Shown here piece after piece: positions 51,941-64,000 of a stretch of 64,000 nucleotides of DNA. Position numbers and translations under genes: made by a program. Every line of letters begins with the position of its first letter. The stretch's first letter is position 1. The notes beneath the pieces were generated by a model that saw nothing but the letters and a program-made list of their open reading frames with translations, searched no databases and had not been told where the DNA came from. The stretch comes from Octopus sinensis (Eukaryota): positions 46,810,001-46,874,000 of the forward strand of contig NC_043014.1 in NCBI RefSeq assembly GCF_006345805.1. The letters are read 5' to 3'.

Positions 51941-52779
51941 TGTGTGTCTGTGTTTGTCCCGCCAACATCGCTTGACAACTGATGCTGGCCTGTTTATGTC
52001 TGGTGCAGGCTTCTGCCTGGCCAGCTTCTGTCAAACCATCCCACCCATGCCAGCATGGAAGGTGGACATTAAATGATGAGGATGATGATGATGATGAGAT
52101 GACAAAATAAATCATTTTAATGGTAAAACTGAAAGTAGATGAAGCTATAAATAATAGGTTTATCTTCTTCAAGTTCCACCATTATAATGATTTGTTTCCT
52201 AACTCTAAAAGTTTCTAAAACAATAAAAAAAATTGTGTTGATATTTTAAGAATTTATAATAAACTTCAAGAAAACCTGAAATACAGTTTATAAATTCTTA
52301 TGACGTCAAGATACAATTTTTACCGGGAAGAATATATAGCTTCAAAAATGAAGAGAGAAATGTGAAGGGTTATTTTGGTCCAGTGGTAGAACACCTGTCA
52401 TGTTTAGAGGAGATGTGGGTTTGAGTCCTATGTGCAGCCTTCGACCCTTTATATTCAAGGATTTTTTAAACCCCGTATGTACATGCTGTTGCTTATAGCT
52501 TAACAACACAAATTCTTGCTGGTAAGAATAAAGTTTCAAAACTAGAGAAATTTAAAGGATTACTTTGGTCCTATGGTAGAACATCTGTCATGTTTACAGA
52601 AGATGAAGGTTCAAGTCCTATGAGCAACATTTGATTTTTTTTTTCTGTTCAAAAAGGTCTTTTTAACCCAATATTTACTTACTAATATCTATAGCTTTAT
52701 CTGCTCTGAGATTCACCATTCCAAAAATAATAATCAATTATGATTTATCATTTCTCAAGGCCACCCATTTGTAACATAC

Positions 52780-53460
52780 TGTGTAGCTGAATAAACTGAC
52801 TAACAGGAGGAATTTCAACTGTGTTTCGTGGTCTGCTACCACAACAGCTCCTTTATATATCCAGTTAGCTCAAGACATCATCAAGAGGAACCACGTCCGG
52901 TTTCGGCCCCTACTCCTCAACCATTTTGACGTGGTGGGACCCCCCTTTTCAGAGGTGTCTTCAGCTCTGGTGTTGGGTGCATGTCTTCTTTCTCCTTCTT
53001 TCTTCTGTTCCCTGGCTTCTTCGATGTAGTGTCAATGAGTGTCAGCGGGTGACTGACTGTCTTGTCAAATACTTCCCCTTAAATACCTGCTGCTAGGCTC
53101 CAGCAGGCAGCCCCAGCAAGTTGTCACGTGACACTGTCTCAACTTTAACTGACCAATGAAGGCGCGTAGTCTTAGCCCACGCATTCTCTAAATGAGACCA
53201 TCACCTGTCAATCAGCGAAGCTAATTCAGTGTCAGCTTGTCTCACCTAATGATGTTAATTTCCTGCCAGCATGTTATAACTTTCAAGCCATTTTCAGTCT
53301 TCCCGCTTCAGCCATATATAGAAGCTGGCTTTTTCGACTGCCTCCTGTACTCTCCTTATTAGTTTTCTCAGCTCCGAGCTAGAAAAAACAAATCTTCTTT
53401 TGAATAATGTTGTCATTTTTCTTTCAATGAAGCCCCTAAGCCCCCACTGCCAGGTGGTAA
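52780..53460 (-). mobile_element. RLE-type (HERO-like) LINE 3' end: ORF C-terminus plus 3' UTR
   Basis: Minus strand (frameshifted) VGARGFIERKMTTLFKRRF...LRKLIRRVQEAVEKASFYIWLKRED*KW resembles the RLE-domain ending EVG.RGF...EAAE.AS.W.WLKR.D..W (recalled). The distal UTR boundary is uncertain. Confidence 0.6.
53051..53157 (-). promoter_or_regulatory. Candidate Pol II promoter cluster (CCAAT, E-box palindrome, TATA-like, Inr)
   Basis: CCAAT at 53153-53157; TGTCACGTGACA at 53122-53133; minus-strand TATTTAAG at 53085-53078; Inr-like TCAGTC with its A at 53054, 31 nt from the TATA. Confidence 0.35.
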
Positions 53461-53597
53461 TACTGTATTACTCTTGAAGAGGACAAGACAAAGTCTATGT
53501 CAGTGAGATTAGAACACGGGACATGGAGCAATGTATCTAAATAGAGCCCAACCTTTAGCCCAATGGTTTACTGATACAGTTGCTCTATTGGCTTAAG

Positions 53598-53632
<35 letters not shown>

Positions 53633-53741
53633 CCATCATCATCATCATTATCACCATCATCATCACCATCATCATCACCATCATCATCACCATCATCATC
53701 ATCATCATCATCATCATCACCATCACCATCATCATCACCAT

Positions 53742-53773
<32 letters not shown>

Positions 53774-53937
53774 TCATCATCATAGTCCTCATCATCATCC
53801 TCATCATCATCATCATCCTCATCATCATCATCACCATCATCATCACCATCATCATCATCATCATCAGCATCATCATCATCATCATCATCATCATCACCAT
53901 CATCACCATCACCATCACCATCATCATCACCATCACC

Positions 53938-53992
<55 letters not shown>

Positions 53993-54036
53993 CCATCACC
54001 ATCGTCATCGTCGTCGTCATCAGCATCGTCATCATC
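53598..54036. repeat. (CAT/CAC)n array continuing into a diverged family B tail
   Basis: Direct reading. Confidence 0.95.
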
Positions 54037-55715
54037 ATTTAACGAATGCCTTCCATGCTGGCATGGGTAAAATGATTTGACAGGAGCCGGCCAGGCAGAA
54101 GCCAGAACCAGATTTTTGTGACTGTTTTGGCAGCTACTGGATGCCCTTCCAAACACCAGCCACTTAGATAGGGTTAGGTTGATGGTTAAGAGTGCATTGG
54201 ACAGAGAACAGTTATGAGTGAGTTAAAGACTGTACAACATTTTGTCTGCCTCACAACAAACCTAAATGTTGTTACGGTGTCATGAGTATGAGAAAGACCA
54301 GATCTGTAGGTGAGATATTAATTGTCTTATATCCAGACTGAGCTAATGTGTGCCATAGGTGGGTTCAGCTGGAACTGACCTGTAGCTACACAAAACAACA
54401 ACAACAATGACAACGACAACATGGAAAAGAGGACAAACACATCATGGAACTAATCAAACATCAAAGATAATCAATAATTATTTCCTGTTTGACAATGTAA
54501 GACAATATGACAGTCAGGACTGCTTAGAAAGTCAATGATTAAAAACAACAATATCTGCAAGATTATTAATTACCACACTTCATTAGTGAATGATGGACTC
54601 GTTAGAATGTAGGACAAAACACCTTGTAGTAATTGCTCCAGATATCTGCGCTGTGAGTTCAAATTCTACCACAATCAATTAAAGAACCAGAAATGTGGGT
54701 TGACTGAATTTTTCAAGGTGTGGTACCTTCAAAAATACGGGGACAAGATTTTTTTAAGGAGCACAAACCTAGGTCTGACCCAAAATGTTCAAAGTGTTTT
54801 CAATGGCCACCCCACCAAAAAAAAAAAAAAAAATGAAGGGGTGCAAGCACACCCTCTGCACCCCTGTTCCCAAGCCTATGGGTATCTTATAATATTTGGT
54901 CTCACACTTTGAGTATTGTATTCTTTGTTGGCAGAACACTTATTCCACTGCAGCAGACTCTAGTATGATTTGGCATGGTTTCTACTGTTGGATGCCCTTC
55001 CTAACGTCAACCACTCCAAGAGTGTAACAGGTGCATTTACGTACCACAAGTATGGGTGTTAGATGCATGACAGCAGTATCTGCCACGACTATGTTTCTAC
55101 TTGGCTTGATGGGTCTTAAACTCAAGCACAGCATATTGCTGAAGGTCTTGTTCATTTGTCATCGTCTCCATAATATATAAAATCTGTTCTGTCTGTCTAC
55201 GTATGTGTGTGTCTTCTAGGAACATGAATTCGTACATGCAAGTACATCAGTCGAAATCCGTCTTTTGCTGGTGTCTTGAATTTAGGTTAAATTAGTGTTT
55301 CTCAAAGGGGAGGCCCATGGGATGGTCGGACAAGTTGTTTTGAGAAAATTTGGTTTAAATGTTTGACAGCTCAGCACCATCCATTGGACAGGGGGCATTT
55401 TGCTCGTATATATATATATTTAAGATTAGGTAGGGTATATAATACCACTTGCTAAAATCAGAGCCAGTGCTCCAAATACCACCATAAAAGTTACGATAAA
55501 GATACACACCAGCAACGCAATGAACATTTCCGATATAGGCTTACCCTTGCTTTGAATACATAGATAAGTAATACATACATACATACATTATATATATATA
55601 TAGATATAATATGTAGTGTATATTATATAATATATATATTATATATATGTATATATTATATATAGATAGATATACTATATATATATATATATCTATATAT
55701 ATATATCATCATCAT

Positions 55716-56043
55716 CTGGCTTCTGTGCCGGTTGCACGTAAAAAACACCATCCGATCGTGGCCATTGCCAGCCTCGCCTGGCCCCCGTGCCGTGGCACAT
55801 AAAAAGCACCATCCGTCCATGGCCGTTTGCCAGCTCCCTCTGGCACCTGTGCGGGTGGCACGTAAAAAGCACCCACTACACTCACGGAGTGGTTGGCATT
55901 AGGAAGGGCATCCAGCTGTAGAAACACTGCCAGATCAGACTGGGCCTGATGCAGCCTTCTAGCTTCACAGACCCCAGTTGAACCATCCAGCCCATGCTAG
56001 CATGGAAAGCGGACGCTAAATGATGAGGATAATGATGATGATG
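55716..56043 (+). mobile_element. RTE 3' UTR (family B)
   Basis: Consensus match. Confidence 0.85.
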
Positions 56044-56542
56044 ATATATAGATATATATATCCATATTCTGTTTGATAACCTGATAACATTGGTGTATCA
56101 TGTTGTATAACAACTCTACATATCCAAACGGTGTGACACACAATTTATGTATCCATCCTATGCAATATGTTATTTTTAAACCCATGCTATGTGATACACT
56201 ATTTATATATCTATTATGTGTGCATACACCATACATTCACACTGTTTGGTGTGTGTGTGTGTATGTGTGTATATATATATATATACATATATATATACAT
56301 ATACATACTGATATATATTCTTTATTCTTTTTCTAGTTTCAATCATTTGACTATGGTCATGCTGGAGCAGTGCCTTTTAGTTGAGCAAATCGATCCCAGG
56401 ACTTATTCTTTGGAAGCCTAATACTTATTCTATCAGTCTCTTTTGCCGAACCGCTAAGTTAGGGGGCGTAAACACACCAGCATTAGTTGTCAAGTGATGT
56501 TGGGATGACAAACACAGACACACAAACATATACACACACATA

Positions 56543-56605
56543 CATCATCATCATCATCATCATCGTTTAACGTCCGTTTTCCGTGCTAGCATGGGTCGGA
56601 CGGGA
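56543..56605 (-). mobile_element. RTE terminal tail (family B) joined to the tRNA-Pro half
   Basis: Minus strand GTCCGACCCATGCTAGCACGGAAAACGGACGTTAAAC(GAT)n. Confidence 0.85.
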
Positions 56606-56610
56606 ATCAG

Positions 56611-56648
56611 TGGGGCTCGTCCGGGATTCGAACCCGGGACCTCTCGCA
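56611..56648 (-). pseudogene. 3' half of tRNA-Pro (position ~38 to the 3' end), retrocopy fused to an RTE tail
   Basis: Minus strand TGCGAGAGGTCCCGGGTTCGAATCCCGGACGAGCCCCA matches the conserved eukaryotic tRNA-Pro 3' half (GCGAG-AGGTC-CCGGG-TTCRAAT-CCCGG-ACGAGCC-C). Confidence 0.85.
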
Positions 56649-56811
56649 TATATATATATATATACATATGTATACGACGGGCTTCTTTCAGCTTCCGTCT
56701 ACCAAATCCACTCACAAGGCTTTGGTTGGCTCGAGGCTATAGTAGAAGACACTTGCCCAGGGTTCCACGCAGTGGGACTGAACCCAGAACCATGTTGTTT
56801 GTAAGCAACGC

Positions 56812-56960
56812 TCCACCCCTCTTTGGTCATGAATGGCCATGAGATGTACCTAGAAGTTTCTCTCCAAGGTACAAGTCTGGGCAAGGTTGTTTATGGAAGA
56901 CCAGCAATCGTTCATGCATACCAGCTTCCCCTCTCCTTGTCACTGATGTTATCCAAGTGT
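56812..56960 (-). mobile_element. Fragment of another SINE tail (family G)
   Basis: ctgggcaaggttgtttatggaagaccagc...cataccagcttcccctctcc; recognised from recall only. Confidence 0.45.
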
Positions 56961-56995
56961 ATATCAATACTGTGCGATATACTACATGCATCAAT

Positions 56996-57029
<34 letters not shown>

Positions 57030-57664
57030 TGTGTGTGTGTTTGTGTGCACGTGCATACATGCATGTGTGTGTAATATCCTATATCATAAAAGAATGCAGA
57101 ACTATATTCTCTTTCCCCTCTTCCCTATTACCTCCCACATAAAACCATCAAAGCAAACATCAGCTCATTTCACCCTTGACATTTGTACTTGTGACCTTAT
57201 CTTATATATTCTGTCAATTAATTATAAAGCTTCTACCAATTAATCATTAGTTTTCTAGGTTCTAGATTGGTAGGGGAGGAGGACATGAATAGGACATGAT
57301 TTTCTTTATTTTGCTTCTATATTTGGATATTTGGACTTCATTGTATCAAATCATTTCAATATTGGGTCGTACACTTCTATCTATGTATCTATCTTCAACC
57401 TATCTATTGATCTATCTATCTATCTATCTCTCTATCAACCAACCTGTTGATATGACTATCAACTAATTTTTCTGTCTATCTATCTATCTAGCTAGCTAGC
57501 AGTCTACATACCACCTTATCTATCTGCCTATCTATCTATCTATCTCTCTCTCTCTATCTATCTTCTAGATCTATCTATCTGTCTGTCTGTCTATCTCTCT
57601 ATCTATCTATCATATCTATATATCTATCTCTATCTATCTATCTACTATCTATATCTATCTATCT

Positions 57665-57729
<65 letters not shown>

Positions 57730-57733
<4 letters not shown>

Positions 57734-58402
57734 ATTGAACCAGCAGGATCCCTGGTCTGGTAGTACATAAAAAGCACTATCCGACTCGTGGCCGTGGCAC
57801 GTAAAATACTCCAATGCGACCGTACGACAGGCACCCATGCCAACCCCCTTTGCTCGTGAAGACATGTTGGGGCAAGCGAAATCGAAATCGAATTGAACCA
57901 GCCAGGATCCCTGGTCTGGTAGTACGAAAAAGCACTATCCGACTCGTGGCCGTGGCACGTAAAATACTCCAATGCGACCGTACGACAGGCACCCATGCCA
58001 AACCCCTTTGCTCGTGAAGACATGTTGGGGCAAGCGAAATCGAAATCGAATGAACCAGCCAGGATCCCTGTCTGGTGGTACGTAAAAAGCACTATCCGAC
58101 TCGTAGCCGATGCCAGCACCACCTCGACTGGCTTCCGTGCCGGTGGCACATAAAATACACCAATCTGACCGTGGCCATTGCCAGCCCCGCCTGGCACCTG
58201 TGCAGGTGGCACGTAAAAAGCACCCACTACACTCACGGAGTGGTTGGCGTTAGGAAGGGCATCCAGCTGTAGAAACATTGCCAGATTAGACTGGAGCCTG
58301 GTGCAGCCTTCTGGCTTCCCAGAACCCCGGTCGAACCGTCCAACCCATGCTAGCATGGAGAACGGACGTTAAACGATGATGATGATGATGATGATGATGA
58401 TG
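57730..58402 (+). mobile_element. RTE 3' UTR (family B) with a ~158-bp module tandemly repeated
   Basis: The unit cgaaYtgaaccagc...caagcgaaatcgaaat starts at ~57730, ~57889 and ~58046; (GAT)n tail. Confidence 0.9.
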
Positions 58403-58665
58403 ACCTATCTATATGTCTATCTGCCAACTTATCCATTTATTTATCGATCTGTTTATCTCTGTCACTCTCCCTATCTGTTTATCTGTCTGTCTGTTCTCTC
58501 GATCGATCTATCTATCTATCTATCTATCTATCATATTGGCAAGCTTGTGTGTGCATGTGTGTCATTACCTCTGACAGTGACTTCAAAGTTAATAGTTAAA
58601 CATAAGATTCACGCACACACACACATACACACACACACATATTAATATATTTATAGATATAAACT

Positions 58666-58730
<65 letters not shown>

Positions 58731-59477
58731 AATTATTAAGATCCAGTTGAATTAGGTACTTAAGTTGAAGCACCGAGTCAGTCCGGCATTGTACACAAAG
58801 CTCGAAGTTAGGTGAATAAAAAGCAAATAAGTAATTAGGATGTCCAGGTGTCAGTGCATTACAGCTGTTTCAAGTGGCTCCATTTAATTGATCAATGCTA
58901 GCACTACATCAATTTGAAATAAACTGCTCTCCTTGGATGCATTCAACCATATAAATTTCCAACATACAGGATACACCATTATAATTATTTTCAAAATAGA
59001 TTGATTAAATGTATCCACTTGAAATGCCCATAATGCAACGATACCTGGACATTCTTGTTACTTATTTGCTTTATATATATATATATATATATTAATAAAT
59101 CTTAGGGTAGCAAAAAAAATTTTAGAAAAATTCTCCGCTACCAGTGGTCTAGCAAGAAGGAAAGAATAGTCAATAGACTATATATTATTCATAGAAAAAT
59201 ACAGTGTACATTTAAACACATAAGAGATGACCATAATAGGACATCTGACTCACTAGAAAGAGCAGTTAAACTCTAAACCACTAATAGTTGTAATTCTGAA
59301 AGGGAAAGAGAAATAAAAACATTTACCCTATCTTTCCTGGACTATGCATAGTTTTGGCAATCTTTTGTAAATAAAATAAAATGATTTTACTTTACAATTG
59401 GCGTTGCCATCTTCAGCAGGAAGCCAAGGCTAACATATAGGCACAAGACAATAAATGCACACTGTTTTTATATATAT

Positions 59478-59514
<37 letters not shown>

Positions 59515-59538
59515 CTATATACCTATACACATATACAT

Positions 59539-60218
59539 GAAGGGATCCTGTGGAAGGGATAGACCCAGGAAGATTGTGGGACAAGTGGTGAGAAAGGATC
59601 TTCGGATGCTGGGCCTCACTGAGGGAATAGCAAGGGAGTGAGAGTTGTGGCAATTTGCTGTACCTGAGAGGATGCATGAAGCTAAGTAAAATCACTGTCG
59701 TCCATACATACAGGGTTGTCTTTTACAGGTGCCGGTGCCACATGCAATGCACTCAAGCCAGTGCTGTGTAAACACACCTGTGCTGGTGGCACATAAAAAG
59801 CACCCAGTACACTCTGTAAAGTGGTTCACATTAAGGAGGGCACCCAGCCATAGAAACCATTCCACAACAGATAGTTGGAGTCTGGAGAGCCCCCTGGTTG
59901 ACCAGTTTCTTTCAAACTGTCCATACCTAATTCTTTACTACCCACAAGGGGCTAAATGCAGAGAGGACAAACAAGAACAGACAAATGGTTAAGTCAATTA
60001 TATCGACTCCAGTGTGTAACTGGTACTTAATTTATCAACCCCGAAAGGATGAAAGGCAAAGTCGACCTCGGCAGAATTTGAACTGAGAACGTAACGGCAG
60101 ACGAAATACGGCTACTCATTTCGCCCGGCATGCTAACGTTTCTGCCAGCTCGCCGCCTTAACTGTCCATACCATGCCAGCATGGGAAATGAATGTTAAAC
60201 AATGACGATGTTGACGAT
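59539..60218 (+). mobile_element. Older RTE 3' end (ORF end plus UTR), interrupted by a SINE-C
   Basis: Degenerate GRDRPRK..DKVVRKDLRMLGLTE followed by a family B-like UTR and gat tail. Confidence 0.75.
59927..60159 (-). mobile_element. SINE-C full length with a perfect 13-bp TSD
   Basis: aactgtccatacc at 59914-59926 and 60160-60172. Confidence 0.95.
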
Positions 60219-60483
60219 ATATGGCTGTATATATACAGGGTGTATATCAATGCAGATGATTAAATAAGACAAAGAAAATGTATTGAATACATCAAACGTT
60301 TACATACATTTCTGTAGCAGTAACAATAATAGACAAGCACTTCAGAAGATCAAAATTTTGAATTAAATCAATCGTCAGAAACATATCTGTCTGAAAATCT
60401 ATCAGGAAATTAGCCATCAAAGAATGTATGTATATATAGTATGTATATGTATGTATATATATATATTATAATATATATATATA

Positions 60484-60555
<72 letters not shown>

Positions 60556-60869
60556 GTATGTTTGTTTTGTGTGTGTATATATATTACATATGTTTGTGTA
60601 TGTGTGTATATATATATACATATATACGTATGTTTGTGTGTGTATATATATATATGTGCGTGTGTATATATATATACATATGTGTGTGTGTGTGAGTGAA
60701 CGTGCATACACGGTAAGGGGGTTACAAGTAAAAAAAAAAACAAAAGATACATGAAATAAAAGACAAACGAAATATAAAACAATAAAATCTAAAATCTATA
60801 TTTATGAATTCATTATTCACAACAGAATTGGTAAAAGACTGTTGGCTCTCACATTTGCACACATGCATG

Positions 60870-60903
<34 letters not shown>

Positions 60904-61488
60904 CACACACACACACATATACTCACACATGTATTTGAATATATATACATATATACCCACATATATATATATTTACACACACACATATATGCACACACAC
61001 TCACATACACACACACATACGCACACACACACATATGCATAAATATCCATGCACATATATAATTTATATAAATATATATAGTATGATAAACAAACGAAAT
61101 CTAAATATTAAAAATAAAAGAAGAAATATGTTTGTAAAATATTGTCAATTCCCCAAGACAAATTTTTTTCATATGATTATTACATCCTGGGTCGTGATGT
61201 TAAATAGAATTTAATTACACAGAATAATTACAACATTAAAGTAATTATTGCTTGAAAATATTGAAGTAAAAGAACTATGCTGGAGATTATCATCCTGAAA
61301 TATTTATGATTATTAAATGAGGACTGTGCATATATATTTGCATTGCGAATTAAATGTAAATGCTATCAAGATTTCTATTTTTGTGATAATAATATTTGAA
61401 AGATTTTAGCTTCTCATAATTACAATGAACTAAAATTATTCTATTTTTTGAACAAATTGCTATTTGCTAGCAATATTTCTACATCCCC

Positions 61489-62092
61489 AAGGCAGCAAGC
61501 TTGGCAGAAACATTAGCATGTTGGGTGAAATGCTTAGCAGTATTTCGTCTGCTGCTAGGTTCTGAGTTCAAATTCCGCCGAAGTCGACTTTGCCTTTTAT
61601 CCTTTCGGGGTCGATAAATTAAGTACCAGTTGTGAACTGGGGTCGATGTAATCGGCTTAATCTGTTTGTCTGTCCTTGTTTGTCCCCTCTGTGTTTAGCC
61701 CCTTGTGGGTAGTAAAGAAATAGGTATTTCGTCTGCCGCTATGTTCTGAGTTCAAATTCCGCCGAGGTCGACTTTACCTTTCATCCTTTCAGGGTCGATA
61801 AATTAAGTACCAGTTGCGAACTGGGGTCGATGTAATTGGCTTAATCCATTTGTCTGTCCTTGTTTGTTCCCTCTGTGTTTAGCCCCTTGTGGGTAGTAAA
61901 GAAATAGGTATTTCGTCTGCCGCTATGTTCTGAGTTCAAATTCCGCCGAGGTCCACTTTGCCTTTTATCCTTTCGGGGTCGATAAATTAAGTACCAGTTG
62001 CGAACTGGGGTCGATGTAATCGGCTTAACCCGTTTGTCTGTCCTTGTTTGTCCCCTCTGTGTTTGGCCCCTTGTGGGTAGTAAATAAATAGA
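61489..62092 (+). mobile_element. SINE-C head plus three tandem 184-bp body units
   Basis: Units start at 61541, 61725 and 61909 (tatttcgtctg). Confidence 0.95.
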
Positions 62093-62769
62093 ATGTATGT
62101 ATGTATGTATGTATGTATGTATGTATGTTTTATGTATGTAGTATGTATGTAGTATGTATGTATGTATGTAGTGTGTATGTATGTATGTATGTATATGTAT
62201 GTATGTATGTATATGTATATAAATTTCTGGATCATTATATTCTTTGAATACCTTTGTAATTGAGTACTTTAAAAATCTTATAGCATTAGATGCTTCTGAA
62301 AAAGTGAATATTTTAGTGTTAATCATATATACACAATACACACATGCACACACACACACACACACACAAATATTTATAGAAGCATAGTCAATAGTCACCA
62401 GGTCAACCACCTTCGTGTGGACATTGTGACTCATATTGTTTGAGAATTACTTTATTCTTCTATTATTTATTCCTTCTTTCCACTCCACACCCTTTTCCAA
62501 ACAAGGACAATTTCCAAAGTGTCATAACAATTCACTCTTTCCATTGATCTCCAGGCATTGAAGCTTTCTTATTTATTTTCATTTGTGTGTTTACTGTGAT
62601 TTTCAATACATCAATATATCTATATGTATGTGTGTGTGTATATGTATGTGTGTATATGTATGTGTGTATGTATGTGTGTGTTTATATATATATATATCTA
62701 TATATATATACCAAATATTCGCATATTTATTCTTACATGATAAATAGAACACAAAACATTGAATATATA

Positions 62770-62820
<51 letters not shown>

Positions 62821-63121
62821 TGTAATTTAATTGTTAATTTTGAATTGATAAATGGTTTTTTTCTAATTATGTATATATATATATATTATATTGTGTGAAA
62901 TTTGATTAGTATTTCTAAATTGAATTTTTTTTTCCCTGTAAGTTTGGATTTATATTCCCTCAAATAATAATTATTATATATATATATATAATTAAATCAA
63001 GGATATAGAATCCTCTTAAAGAGATGTCAGCATCCAAGTTCCCCAGTTTTGTCCAGTGTATCAGTGAAAAAACCAAAGATGTTAGCTTTGCATTGATGGA
63101 TATAGGTATATTAATGTTTAC

Positions 63122-63632
63122 GTAGGAGAAAAATAAAACAGAGAAATTGGGACATGGGCATCATTTTATTAGAACATATCGATGATAGTTCCAAACAAAA
63201 ACAAACTCTTAGCATCTACAATTGTTTCCATGCCCAATTAATTCAAATTGAGAAATCAAGATTAAATTAAATTAAATTAAAGTTACCTATTGAGTATAGC
63301 TAATTAGACATTTTGGCAGGGGAAGAATTTGATAGAGAGGAGCTACGTTATGTGTTGATATATCCATGATAGACTCAAATATGTGCATTTTTGCATCCAA
63401 TCTGAGTCTGTCAAGGATCTACCAACACAATGGAACATAGCACCGCTCTATCAAATTCTTCCCCTGGCGAAATGTCCAATTAGCTATATTCAATAGGAAA
63501 CTTTAATGTAATTTTAATTTCTCTAATTGAATTAATTGTAGGTGCTAAGAGTTTGTTTTTTTGTCTGGAATTAGATATGTTCCAATAAATTGATGTCTGT
63601 ATCTCAATTTCTCCATTTTCTTTTTCTCATAC
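63122..63632. mobile_element. ~510-bp fold-back element
   Basis: Imperfectly complementary arms run to the centre, for example caggggaagaatttgatagag / ctctatcaaattcttcccctg and gactca / tgagtc. Confidence 0.8.
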
Positions 63633-63662
63633 ACACAGATATATATATATGTATGTATATAT

Positions 63663-63715
<53 letters not shown>

Positions 63716-63858
63716 GTGTGTGTTATGTCGCATGTTTGGATGACTTCTACTCAACTCTGCTCTCGACTTTGATGTCTAGACTTCTCCCTCTATATCTGCA
63801 TATTGGGCTAATCTACTTCATCGTCTGGGGGTGTCTACACAACAATATATATATATAT

Positions 63859-63901
<43 letters not shown>

Positions 63902-64000
63902 TAGATAGATAGATAGATAGATTTTTTTTACAATACATCTGCATCCACATTCATAGACTACTCGGATCCACACTCCCTCTCTCTCTCTCTCCCTCCCTCT

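Larger units (their letters stand above)
56325..56809 (-). mobile_element. SINE-A hosting the tRNA-Pro/RTE chimera in its central microsatellite
   Basis: Tail 56325-56530 and head ~56665-56809. Confidence 0.85.

Noticed and set aside
55165-55560. Helitron-like 5' start (tctccataatatataaaatctg)
   Set aside because: No 3' hairpin-CTAG terminus was found.
57664-58356. 230-aa ORF; similar recurrent ORFs in families A and B
   Set aside because: Antisense reading of the RTE 3' UTR or SINE sequence; recurrence reflects repeat copies, not a protein family.

Overview
Eukaryotic, AT-rich DNA dominated by microsatellites and interspersed repeats. The repeat families look cephalopod (Octopus-like); this is from recall, not a database search. 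One convincing host coding exon is present: 41999-42207 (+), encoding the N-terminus to domain I S1 of a voltage-gated sodium channel most similar to the Nav2 (DSC1/NaCP60E) class, with clean AG/GTAAGT splice sites. At least the sequence flanking this exon is therefore intronic. The rest is a layered retroelement graveyard. It holds at least six tRNA-headed SINE families (my labels A, C, D, E, F, G), many 3'-UTR copies of an RTE LINE (family B), degenerate RTE, CR1-group, HERO-like and Penelope-like (PLE) ORF remnants, a non-autonomous Helitron, TTAA MITEs and fold-back elements. Almost all ORFs in the supplied track are microsatellite artefacts. The most interesting signals are: (1) a non-canonical minimal hammerhead-like motif (CUGUNGA core) in three copies of a TA-flanked element; (2) a tRNA-Pro 3'-half fused to an RTE tail, ending next to position 37; (3) a PLE with twin-priming-type inversion just behind the channel exon; (4) a SINE trimer with a stereotyped junction; (5) a LINE/SINE pair sharing a covarying 3' hairpin; (6) a HERO-like 3' UTR with promoter-like architecture. 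Repeat boundaries are approximate unless a TSD or TIR is quoted.
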